Positions 52,531 to 64,000 of a DNA stretch of 64,000 nucleotides are shown piece after piece. The position numbers and the translations under genes are program-made. Below the pieces are notes generated by a model. That model searched no databases. It was not told where the DNA came from and was given only the letters and a program-made list of their open reading frames with translations. Within the stretch, counting starts at the first letter, position 1; every line of letters begins with the position of its first letter. The DNA is taken from positions 372,001-436,000 of the forward strand of contig LSRY02000061.1 of assembly GCA_001643675.2 (NCBI GenBank), read 5' to 3'. Source of the DNA: Monocercomonoides exilis PA203 (lineage: Eukaryota; Protista; Preaxostyla).

Positions 52531-53220
52531 AATGAAGAAAGAGAATTTTTGATGCCATTTGCGAGAGAAACAGAAAAGTGGAAGAAAGTTATGATTTTAC
52601 AAAAGAGAATATCTCTGAGACAGACAATTTGTTTGCAACGGACAAGTGAAACAAGAAAAGCAAGAAAAGCGGCAATAGAAATAACAGAGTCGTTGCCTTC
52701 TTTAGTATTATCACAGGCAACCTAAAAAAAACACCAGAAGAAAAAACAACTTCATCTTCATCTTCTGGAAAAAATAAAAACAAATCATTAACTCTTCTTC
52801 CATTACCCCCAAATCTCGCGAATCAAGATTTGTGAATTTTCCTTCGCACAACAAACTGCCAAAAAAATTAAATATAATATTTACAGAAATCCTTCATGAG
52901 GCATCTTCTTTTCATCACAGAATATTCATCTGGTTTTACTCCTCAATTTCCGGTGACTCCCCTCCTCATATTCTTTTTCATCAACGTTGTTACACTGCTC
53001 TTTTGTGAGAGAATGTCCATCTTCAACATTTTTGACTGAAGCATATGAAACATAAAAGGAATGGGAAAAAGGAAAATGAAGATAATTAAAAAGAAAGAAA
53101 GACACAACAACAAGGTTCAAATAACAACGGAAAAGAAAGGTGCTAAAGCGAAAAAACTCTGAACAATGCGAATCTTAAACAACTTTAGAAGACAACTTTT
53201 TCGTTTTCTAATTTTTATTC

Positions 53221-53221
53221 A

Positions 53222-53252
<31 letters not shown>

Positions 53253-53510
53253 CTTCCCACTCTTCTTCTTCTTCTTCTTCTTCCCACTCTTCTTCTTCTT
53301 CTTCTTCTTCTTCTCCTTCTTCTTCTCCTTCTCCTTCTTCTTCTTCTCCTTTTCCTTCTCATTCTTATTCTTCTTCTTCTCCTTCTTCTTCTTCTTCTTC
53401 TTCTTCTCCTTCTTCTTCTCCTTCTCCTTCTTCTTCTTCTCCTTTTCCTTCTCATTCTTATTCTTCTTCTTCTTCTTCTTCTTCTTCTTCTTCTTCTTCT
53501 TCCCACTCTT

Positions 53511-53541
<31 letters not shown>

Positions 53542-53885
53542 TTCTTCTTCTTCTTCTTCTCATTCTTCTTCTTCTCCTTCTTCTTCTCCTTCTCCTTCTT
53601 CTCCTTCTCCTTCTTCTTCTTCTCCTTTTCCTTCTCATTCTTCTTCTTCTTCTTCTTCTTCTTCTTCTTCTTCTTCTTCTTCCCACTCTTCTTCTTCTTC
53701 TTCTTCTCCTTCTTCTTCTTCTTCTTCTTCTTATTCTTCTTCTTCTCCTTTTCCTTCTCATTCTTCTTCTTCTTCTTCTTATTCTTCTTCTTCTTCTTCT
53801 CCTTCTTCTTCTTCTTCTTCTCCTTTTCCTTCTCCTTCTCCTTCTCCTTCTTTTCAAACATCATCATCATCATCTTCTTCTTCTT
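53221..53885. repeat. (TTC)n tract with recurring variant units
   Basis: Directly visible. A 9-bp CAACCTCT(T/C) tandem repeat also lies at about 53981-54043. Confidence 0.95.
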
Positions 53886-56589
53886 TGTCTTCTATTTCTC
53901 TTCTACCACAACTACTACTTTTTCTTCTTTTTCTAATCGTATTTCTTCATTTTTTGCATCTTCATCGTCTTCTTCGTCTTCAACCTCTCCAACCTCTTCA
54001 ACCTCTCCAACCTCTTCAACCTCTTCAACCTCTTCAACCTCTTTTTTCTTTTTTTCTTTTTCACCTTCTTCAACACAGAATGAATATATATATACTCATA
54101 CTCATATCCTTTCTAACTTTTATTTCATCACATTTGGAGGACTTTTAGCAAGACGTATTTTTTTGTTGCAAAATCCTGTAAAAAGTGCCTATCCTTCTCG
54201 ACAAATGACGAGCCTTTGAAGTGCTTAAATGTTTCTTTGATGAACATGAACTTATGCTCAAAGGAGAAGTGAAACAGACTCAATATCATCACATTCAACA
54301 GAATCGTCTTTTCTGTATTTAGATTGCAAAAGTCTGCAACAGCTGATAAGGAATGGACTTCTATATCACAGCAGCAAATAGTACAATAAATGAATGAATC
54401 AGCATGAATTGAACAAATAATACAATGTGATACAGAAATGTTGCCTTTGTAGAAAAATTTTGTGACTTCGTGGCTGAATACATTCAACAGGATTGACTTT
54501 TGTGTACAAAGAAGATAACAGAGGAAACTTTATTATTTTTTGTTTGTGAAGAGGCGAAAGCTAAAGAAGAGAAAGAAAAAAGGAATGAAGAAGAAAGAAT
54601 CTTTTAAAAAGAGAGCAGAAGACGGAGAATGGAATTATGAAGAGCGACGAGCTACTCACGAAAAATGCAGCGATTGAATGGTATCTGAAAGTCCTTACAA
54701 GCATCAACGGAATAACTTTCAACAACAAATTCTTTGAGACCATTTTCTGCTTGACTAGCTGCAAAGCTGATGAGGTTTGATTCGTATTTCTTTCATTCTC
54801 TTTAACACTTAAATTCATTCATTCATTCATTATATTTTCCTTTCATTATCTTAAAATGCATATGTGATATGAATTATATTTTTACAAAATTAAAATTTAT
54901 AATATTTTCAAAATTTTGATTCTATGAACACAAAGTGACTCCATTCTAGTTCTTCGAGCTACAACCTTCAGCTTCTTTGCACTTTTCAAATGACAGCGAC
55001 AAATATATCCAGCGTCTCCTTCTGCAATCATCTTTTTTCAACGTCTTCACAACCAATCTGGTCTTCTCTTCGTCCTGTCTGAGCCACGAGGCAGCGATTT
55101 TTGTATCCAACATTGATGAAGAGACAGATTCACGGGAATGCACCCTCCTTTGGCCGAGGTGTGAGTGTATTCTCTCTGTCAGATTTTATTGACAGATGCA
55201 TAGTGCGCTGTATCATGCGATGAGTGCTCTATGAAATGTGAGGATGTTTATCAGGGCAGCAGAGAGGCAATGGAGGATGCTTATTGAGGTTGTGCGAGTT
55301 GAGGTGATTGTACAGACACTGAAAATCGAATGACATTAGAAAGTTGTATGAGAGGCGATGCTTCAGATATGAATGCTTCTTGGGGAGTACTAAAAGAAGA
55401 ATAATGAGGAGAAAGAGAAAGAGGAAGAAGAAAGAAAAGAAAGAGATGAATTGAAGTTGTTTATCGTTTCGAGAAAGTAAACAAACAAAATTGATGATCA
55501 GCTTTCAGAAAATGTCCGAATTACAAGTTTGGTTGAGCTTTCACTGGAGAAAATTGAAAATGTGAAGAAGGGATGTGTTTTTCTGCTTAAAAAGTACTTT
55601 CCAGAAGCAGTTGAACAAGATGAGATGGAAGAAGAAGAAGAAAAAAAGAGAAGAAGAGGATGAAAAAGATGCAGGTTATACCGATAGTTGCAACATAAAC
55701 ACAACAATTATTCCATTCAATGGAAAGCTGCAAACAGAGAAGCCGATGGGAATGATGGGGAAGAGATAAAAGACTACAAGATCTTTTAATTTTTTGAGCT
55801 GATAGAAACATATTCTTCTATTCTATCGTCAAATGTGTCGATTTATCAGACTTTGGATTCATTTCATCTCGACTCTTTCGGAGTCTTCGCTTCGAACAAA
55901 AGAAAATGCAAGTCCTTCTCTTTCTTCAACAACTGCTCTTCTTTAGCTTCTGCTTCTGTTTCTCCTCATTCACCGTCTTCTCCTTCTTATTAAATTCTCC
56001 AACACTCATTTCACTCAATTCACCAATCCTTCAACAAAATCCAGTTCTCTTACACAATTAACCCAAATTTCATCTAGCACCCATCAAATTACAGGATAAC
56101 AATCAAACGCATTATTCTTTTTTTTCATCCAGTTTGGGAACATCGCCAAGCCTTCAACATACATTTTTCGAATTGCTCTTCTACATCCGCACAGCCTCCA
56201 ATATCTTTCATATCGATGCCTCATGTTTCCAACCTGCGAGAGCCCTTTATCTTTGGCTCTTCAATCAATCTGAACAAAAAGCTCATTCTTCCCTTTCCCT
56301 GCTTCCCATTTCCTGTGTTTATTCTTCCTCAGCTATCACTTGAACACATTCTTTTTGCTATTAGCATTGTTTGTGATTGCTGTTTTAAGTTTTGAACTGA
56401 CAATTGGCCAAATGCAGATGAATAATTTTTGAAACAGAAGCGTTTCTCAAATTTCTTCTTGTTTCAGGAGCCGTTCAACCATCGTCTATTCACTCTGTTT
56501 CCTCATCTTCTTCAACTGGAGCAGCTCGCTGGTCTGCTTTACCATTCTGTAGCAGGAGAACCGAAGAGAAGAAAGTAACAGGAGATGAT

Positions 56590-58240
56590 CAGCCATCATT
56601 ATCAGCGCATGTGATTGACCCTTCGGATGCCTCGGCGGTGGCAGCATCATACACATCAGCAGGAGCGATGGATGACATCGAGAGGCGGCTGCGGATTGTG
56701 GTGCCAGAGGCGGCTGGGGTGTATGGGCGGCACATGCCGCTGTCGCTGTAGACGCTTCGAGGGATATGTCGTGGCGTGGAGGGCGGTGCTGTATGGGGGT
56801 GTTGTGTGTGCGTACGATGTGGCGCTTTCGGCAATGCTTTCGGTTCCGCTGGTGATGCAGCTTCCGTTACTTGCAGCGTCAGTGTGGAAAGAAAAAGAAG
56901 AGCAGGAGGGTATTTGCAGCTGCAGATGTGAATGAGTAACTGTTAATCAACGATCTGTTTGACCAGTCGCTGCAGATATGGTGATCTCCGCAGTCGAGGC
57001 GTGTGGTGGTGAAGCTGGACGAGGAAGTGATGAGGCGAGGGGTTGCAGTGTGTGAAGTGGAGGAGATTTTGGAGAAGGGGTTGGATGCAGCGGGGCTGAG
57101 GATGGTGGATGTGGTTCTGTTACCAGCAGCGATTGAGCTGGCGGTGAAGGAGGAGCGCGAAGAGGCAGAGGAAGGTGAAGGGAATGAGGAGAAAGGCAGG
57201 CATCTGACAGCGCACAGAGAGTTTGTGGAGAGAATCAAAGAGAACCAGGGGAAGCTGGAAGAAAAGATGGCGCAGCTGGTTGTGGAGGCGTTTGGGCTGA
57301 GTGGGCTGAGGTTTGTGAATGCAGAGGCTGAGGCGGATTCAGACAAGCAGTATTCAGTGGAACCAGAAGTGTGCAGTTCCTCTCCATCCGATGGCATTTA
57401 ACGTGAGAACAGGAGAGCAGAAGAAGCAGCAGATGGGTCTTTGGGTATAGCTTCAGATAGAAGTTCAGAGGGAGTGAGAAAAGATGAGGAACAGGTGGAA
57501 ATGTCTGCGAATGGTTTGGGGATGAATGAGGAGTCAGGGAGAGAGGGTGGTTCCATTGATTTGGAGAAGGAAGAGGAAGAGGAAGAGGAAGAGGAAGAAG
57601 AAGAAGAAGGACAGATTCTGGATGTGGAATCGCTGCTGAGTGTTCCTGCGCACCCGGAGTGTGTGACGCTGGTTGACGAGAGTGCGTGTGGGAGCTGGCG
57701 GGACTATCTGGTGACGATGAACGTGGAGGAGGTGCTTGTGGAGCTGTGTACAGAGGGGGAGCTGATTGTGGGGGAAGCCAGTTGTGGAAGGGATAACACA
57801 GTCGGACGGGACGATGATCATCATGTTTATTAGGGAGAGTCAAATTCAGAGAGAGAAGAGAAGAGAAGAGAAGGGGACAGGAATAAGTGTTTGGCAAAGG
57901 ATTGGGTGTTGTTTCATTTTTAAATAGACAGACGGAAAGAGAGAAAGAGGATGGAGGAGTTTATTGCGATTGGGGAGGTTGTGCTGCAGGAAAGTGTTCC
58001 GTTAATTGCTCTGCGGGATGCTACGTGTGCGATCAAGCAAGTGTGCCACAGGAAAGGGATTATTGTGGTGTTTGGTGTTTTGTATTGTGTGTTTGAAGAC
58101 GAGTCTGAGTCGTTGGCAGCGTCGTCAGCGTTCCGGTGGATGTCGTATCTGCTGCAGGGGGACATCGAGATCGCATCTGGAAACTACCTCCTTCCGCGCT
58201 GGCACTGCCCCTTCGCATGTGCATGCTCCGTCCTCTGATT
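56590..58240 (+). pseudogene. Degenerate copy of the multicopy gene family also seen at 6150 and 63600
   Basis: ORF fragments 56615-56935, 57003-57401, 57441-57833 and 57951-58238 align by eye with the other copies. Confidence 0.6.
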
Positions 58241-58378
58241 CTGCGCATTCTGCCTCTGCTCGGCCTCAGGGCTCTTCGAATGCAACGCACAGCTTTCATT
58301 CACCACATCTGCTGACAACTGTTAGGCGTGCTCTTCTTCAGTCTTTATCCAATTTGTTTTGCGATTGAAATAATTTTT

Positions 58379-58846
58379 TCAATGATCCTTCTCCTTATTC
58401 TTATCATTCCCATGAGATAACAGGAACAGCAAATCTCTCATATCAACGATCATTTTCTCACGAGTCGAAGAACAGGCTATTGCATCTACCAGATTAGACA
58501 TCGAAGATGTGGTTGGACACAAATCCTCTCCTCGAACAAAAGCGGATTCTGTGTCTGATGTGTCTGTGGATGAAGTGGATGAAATGGATGGTGATGGTGT
58601 TCGCTTTCTTGTTTTCTCCTCTTCTTTTTCGTCAACCTTCTCCAGCATCCATTGAGGAATCTTGTCTGAATCTTTTCCCAAAATATATTCAGTTGATCCA
58701 CATTCGCATAACAAATGCTCTGATGATTCTGAATGTCCCAAGCTATTCTCATAAACTCTCTTCTTTATCCTCTCTTCATTCTTCTTCTCTGCCTCCCTCT
58801 CTGCCCTCCTCCACTGCTCTTCAGGAGACATTTCCATCGTAACCAT
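58379..58846 (-). CDS. Hypothetical protein exon
   Basis: 155-aa ORF preceded by an intron-like AG. Upstream exons and intactness are uncertain. Confidence 0.4.
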   Translation of the reverse strand: MVTMEMSPEEQWRRAEREAEKKNEERIKKRVYENSLGHSESSEHLLCECGSTEYILGKDSDKIPQWMLEKVDEKEEEKTRKRTPSPSISSTSSTDTSDTESAFVRGEDLCPTTSSMSNLVDAIACSSTREKMIVDMRDLLFLLSHGNDKNKEKDH

Positions 58847-59629
58847 CTAAATGCATTAGGATTCTTTTTAACAGTCATTACATATTTTCTGTTCTTTTCT
58901 ATTTGAAAAATAACTTTTTTGTTTTTTAATCACAACGTAGTACTTTCTTATTGCATAATAATAACGTCATGCTTGAATATTCGCGAAGTTATTGAAATTC
59001 TTTCAGAGTGTTCTTTTTGAACAATTTAATCCTTAAAATTTTTCTTTATCAATTCCAAATAAGTGACTTGTATATTCATATGTTTCAAATCTTCAGAAGG
59101 AAAAATTATTTTTCATGAGATTTTTGCATATTAAGGAGAATTGAAAATAAAATAAAATAAAACAAAAAAGAACTGATGAAATATTCACGAACGTTAAGAA
59201 GAGATCATAAATGATTCTTTGAAAAACTTTGTGAATAATAATCATCATCAGCATAACACATTTATTGCTTTTCTTCTGCTTTTTAACTTGTTTTTTTCCA
59301 AGAAAAAAGCTACCACTCCATTCCTGTGTATTTAATGAAATTGAAGTGAAAAGAAAAATTATCTTCATTTGCTTCAATCAATTTTTTGCTAATTGAAGCA
59401 ACTGTTTTAAAGAAAAATTTGCTCTTCAAACAAAGCAACAAAATATAAAACTATCAAACTGATGTTAACGTGTGAATGTCTTATAAAACTTCAAAATAAG
59501 AAATGGAAATTGAGAAATGGAAATTTATAGGTTCATATTATCATAGGTAGGGTTTTCATTTAACACCTACCCATTTTTTTTATTCTGATCCAAATTATTG
59601 AAGTGAAAATTTTAGAAAAATTCAAAAAA

Positions 59630-61110
59630 ATTCAAAAGAAGAATGAATTCTTCGAATTATCTTTCTTTTTCCTGGTATTCTTTTCATCTCTTCGTTTTCC
59701 TCTTCGTTTGGGTCATCAAAAATTTCATCAGAGCGTTTTCTTTTGATTTTAAAATTGAATTCAACCATATCATCTTTTTCGTTTTCTTTCTCTTGTTTAA
59801 TGTCTTTAACCCTCTCCTTTTCTTCATTTCTCCTTTAGAACCTATCCCAATCGTGGAGAAGTTCTTTTTTTGTAATTAATTTTCCAAAATAATCGAAACT
59901 GTCACAATGCGAAGGAAGATGTTATTTTGATGATTCTGGAAGTTTGCGAAGAACTGAACCGAACGTATTATGAAGGACTCCGCTTTGTTTAAAAGCTTTT
60001 TTGATGACAGAAGAAGTGAAATCGGAGTGTATTGCTTGAGGAAGCACGTCGACAAGTGCTTTTCTTGAAGCAGACAACGAAAAAGATGATGGTACATCAA
60101 ATGATGAAGAAAGAGAAGTTTTGAGAGTTGCAAAAACTCCTCTATCGAGTGGTTGAGACAAATGAATATTGTGGGGAATGAATGTTACGACGTCAGTGTT
60201 ATTTTCTAAGAAGGCTTTCCAAATCAAAGGATGCCCGCGTGAAGGATGAGAGTCGATGAAAAGAAGATATTTCTCTTTTTTAAGTGACATGCTCTTTCTT
60301 TTTTCAACGATGGAAGGGAAAAGAACTGTTTCTGCATACTTCTTGAAGTTTTTCTTGTCCATCCAGCCACTTTTATTAGGCCAGATGTCCAGAGTTGGAG
60401 AGAGAAGATGTTTCAGTTCGTCCGGTTGTTTCACACTTGGCCAAAGAATTATGCATGGCAATGAATAACCGTCTGCAGCCACGGCAGCGTCAAGTGTTGC
60501 ATTGTCCATTCTTTGTGCTTCTTTGCAATACCCACAGATTTGTCCAGATGAATGGATAACTTCAACACTGGCAGAAGATGGCACACGCAAAGATGATTCA
60601 TCAACGTTAAATATTAATGAAAGTTTGCAGTGATTTTTTTCGTGCAAACCTTTCACTATTTGATACCAGGGCTTCATCACAGTTTAACATGACACGGCCA
60701 ACCGATTAATGTATTAACTTTTTGGCTTGTTCTTCCTCAACTCAGGATGCCGCTGCAAAAACCCGTATGCCGCAGCATTTGAAACTGTAATATGTGACTC
60801 GTTTTCTTCTTTTGTGTTATTTAATACATTTTCCATCTAAAGAAAGAATGTAATTGTTACAATAAAAAACTTGAACAAACCAATTCTCTTGTTTTTTTCA
60901 TTATCAAACTGCTTTCACAAATAAAATAAATTTAAATCACATCAAGAACTATCTCTTCCTTCTCCTTGCTGATAACCTGTGGTCTCCCTCGTTTTCCAAC
61001 TTTCCTTTTTGTTCGCAAAACCCGAACTGCGTTTTTAAGGCTGCTGCGGCTGAATTGCTTAGAATTGATGGCGTCTGTGATCCTAACGACACCATCACAT
61101 TCAATGTGTG
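59630..61110 (-). pseudogene. pogo-family (DDE_1, DD35D) transposase
   Basis: Motifs IFNVDES, SGWMD, LLFIDSH and HLSQPLDRGVF, with 35 residues between the second and third D. The N-terminus has KRGRP and GFLQRHPEL. Frameshifts on both sides of ORF 59922-60680. Confidence 0.9.
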
Positions 61111-61138
61111 CTATTTGTTCAAGTTTGTTCCTATATTA

Positions 61139-61378
61139 GGGCAATTCTTTTTGAAAAGTCGCAAATGTGAAATTTTCAAATGAATCAAAATTTTCATATT
61201 TTGCTCAAATCTCTGTATTTCCTCACGAACCTTTTCAAGAATGTTTGAAACAGCATTATCCAGAAATAGATTCCATATTAGTGAAGTTTGGTGAATGTCG
61301 ACTAAAATATGAGCAAAATATGAAAATATTGATTTATTTGAAAATTAAACATTTGTGACTTTTCAAAAAACATCACAC
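61139..61378. mobile_element. Palindromic MITE nested in the pogo element
   Basis: Arms TTTTTGAAAAGTCGCAAATGT...ATTTTGCTC / GAGCAAAAT...ACATTTGTGACTTTTCAAAAA, flanked by ATTA and ATTT. The left arm also matches 5188-5220. Confidence 0.7.
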
Positions 61379-63599
61379 ATTTTCTGTATAGAAAAAATAA
61401 CATGGCAAGTTTAAATTTTTTCTACCCTGATTATCTTTTTTCTTCAACAAGAATATTCATTTTTTATTTTAATGTTTTGATCAAATTTTCATTCTTTAAA
61501 AAAAAATTGAATTTTTTTAAAAAAAAAATAATAAATAAATAAAAATATATATTTAAAATGAACAAAAAGACTTTACATCCCTTGAAACCAATCAATTTCT
61601 CGTGGAAGCTTGATGGAAGGTTTTAAACCCCATCTCTCCCTTCCCACCCATGAGAAATAGGCTTCATTTCAAAATACATTTAAAAATTCAACATAGATTC
61701 CAATTGTTCAAAAAATCAAGTTGAAGTTTCAAAAAGATGAACATAAAATTTTTGTTGAAAAAAAAGGTCGGAGTTAAAAAAAAGGTGGGGGCTTTGTAAT
61801 AACCATACCTATTTTTTTTTGGAACCTATAATTTTCTGGTTTTTAAAGCTTTTGTGGACAAAGTTAGATAAACAGAAACCTTTAAAACATTTATATTTTC
61901 AATTTCCGTGAATATTTTTTACCTTTACCATTTTTCAAAAAAGATCTTGAGATTTTTATTTTACAAATGCGATCAAAGACATGCTCGTATTTCCACGAGC
62001 TTTTGAATTTGATTATTTTTCTTTTTGATACCACTTTTAAACTTTTCTTTTTTATATTTTTGGTTATTTTAAAACAATGAGAACTCTTTTATTTCCATAG
62101 ATTTCACACCTCACCATTTTTTTATAAAACTGAAATATAAACAAAGCTAAAAATATTTTCACCTTTTTCTTTTGTTCGAACAAAGTGCTTAAATGTATCA
62201 TATCCTTTTAATGAAACTCTTATTCACATATAATTGTGTTTGACGAGTTCAAGACGAAAAATTAAATTTCAACTTTATCATTTTTTGTGCCAAATGCTAT
62301 TAGTTAAATATTTGGGGGAAAATATGGACTTTCAAGCTTTTCATGCACGACATGTCGAAATATTTTTTATTGCATATTTGAATGGAGTTCACAAAGTTGA
62401 ACAAAACAATTCATATTTTTCGGGCAACTTATTCTTCGTTCAAATGTTATTGAACATTTAAAAATTTTGATCATTTCCCACAAAAGATCAAAATTTTCAT
62501 TTTTTCAAAATTCGACAAAAAAAATAATAAATCCACTCTTGGAAACTTATTTAAGCTTTTGATTATCACTAAAAATGTTAAAAAAGTTTGGATATTATGA
62601 AAAAGTTTTTAAATGAATAATTAGTGGGATATGATCTCTCAAAATATTTCGCACAATTTCCTGTGCTCAAATAAGGAAGCAAAGAAATGTGAAATGAGAT
62701 AAAATGAAAGTCAATTTTCATCAAAAATATCAGAATGGGAAGAAAGCAACAATCACAACTTTCTCTGTTTCGGTGATCGATCTTTTTATTTCACTGTCAT
62801 TTGATTCACGTAGAATTGGCGCCAAGCGGTAATTTCTTCATAACCTACATAACCTCTTCACATTTCAACATTTAACCTGAAAAGCCACTGTTTCATTTGC
62901 ACTTTCGCTGATTAAGAAGAGCATTTTTGGTTGGTCGATCTTTCTGATCCGAATATGGATATCGCGTTTATGCTTCCGATGGATCTTCTGTCCTATGAAT
63001 GTTTTTCACAAAAACAGTCTTGCAGAAAGGACATTTCATCTATCGTCTCTTCTTTTGGAATCTTCAAATTCTTCTCTTTTTCATAATCTTTCTCTTTCTC
63101 CTCCCCTTCTTCTTAACCAGAAGCAACAAAACAATGCTTTTCGCCATTTCATTTATAATGAAAAGGAGAAAATAAAAGGAGTCGATAAAAGAGATTGAAT
63201 ATTCTTCACTTTATCTCACACTTCATACGCAAAGATTTTCAACGATGACTGCTTCATTCGCATGAGAAGGAATGATGAACATTATCAAATTCCTTTGAAG
63301 ATTTCTTTGCAATATGCAGGTGACATTTATATTCATCACAAGAAGCTAACACCAAACGCACGACGAACAATGCTGAGATAATATTTGGACGAAGCACACT
63401 CTTCTGAATATATTTTTTTATGTTAAGGAATTATGTAACGCTTTCTGAAAAATTTTAAAGCACCATTGTGAATTCAATTACCATAAAAATCTCTCTAGCG
63501 AAATACGGACTTTCAAAGAAAGCAGAAGTTTGTGCGTTGGAAGTGAACGCGTGACTGTTGATATACAATCTGTTTGAGTCGTGGATGTTTTCATCAGCA

Positions 63600-64000
63600 A
63601 TAGAACGACAGGTGACCAGGCACTTACAGTCAATGCATGTTGTTGTTAAGCTTTCCGAAGAAGTGATGAAAGAAAAGTTGTGCAATGAAGGATAAAGGAG
63701 AGTGTGGAGAAGGGGCTGGAATAGGTCTGGCTGAAGATGGAGGATGTGGTTCTGTCACCAGCAGCGATTGCGCTGGCTGTGCTGGAGGAGCGGGAAGAAG
63801 CAGAGGGAGAAGAAATGGGAGAAGAAAAGGGAGAAGAAAAGGGAGAAGAAGATGAAGGGAGAGATAGAGGTGATGGGAACGAGGAGAAAGGCAGGTATCC
63901 GACAGCGCACAGAGAGCATGCGAAAAGAATCAAAGAAAACCAGGGGAAGCTGGAAGAAGCAATGGCGTCGCTGGTTGCGGAGGCTCTTGAGCTGAGTGGG
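63600..64000 (+). pseudogene. Third degenerate copy of the multicopy family (runs off the window)
   Basis: VVLSPAAIALAVLEEREEAE...GNEEKGRYPTAHREHAKRIKENQGKLEEAMA is nearly the same as 57110-57300. Confidence 0.7.

Larger units (their letters stand above)
59546..61809 (-). mobile_element. pogo/Fot1-like DNA transposon with degenerate TIRs and TA TSD
   Basis: TA|GGTAGGGTTTTC... and ...TAACCATACC|TA form imperfect TIRs of about 45 bp around a DDE_1 transposase. Confidence 0.65.

Noticed and set aside
1-64000. CRISPR arrays, rRNA or tRNA genes
   Set aside because: No repeat-spacer array or recognisable structural RNA was seen by eye, and the sequence is eukaryotic.

Overview
AT-rich eukaryotic DNA with short GT-AG introns, long (GAA/TCT)n tracts and the standard genetic code. 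The style and gene families suggest an oxymonad such as Monocercomonoides, which is inference. A central block (about 16.1-39.5 kb) holds seven intact, intron-containing + strand genes: a giant low-complexity protein, a SPRY-like protein, a small conserved hypothetical protein, an FF-domain protein, a CCDC24-like protein, a hypothetical protein and a C2H2/UBZ-like zinc-finger protein. The flanks are transposon and pseudogene graveyards with Merlin (IS1595-like), IS630/Tc1 and pogo (DD35D) transposase pseudogenes, MITEs, a Cid1/TUTase pseudogene and an intact saposin-like gene. The main finding is three non-autonomous elements with long TIRs (about 160-330 bp), 5'-GGCA termini and a shared internal TIR motif; the two complete ones have 8-bp TSDs. 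They carry host surface-protein or kinase-like gene fragments instead of a transposase, which makes them a candidate 'Pack-Merlin' gene-capture system.
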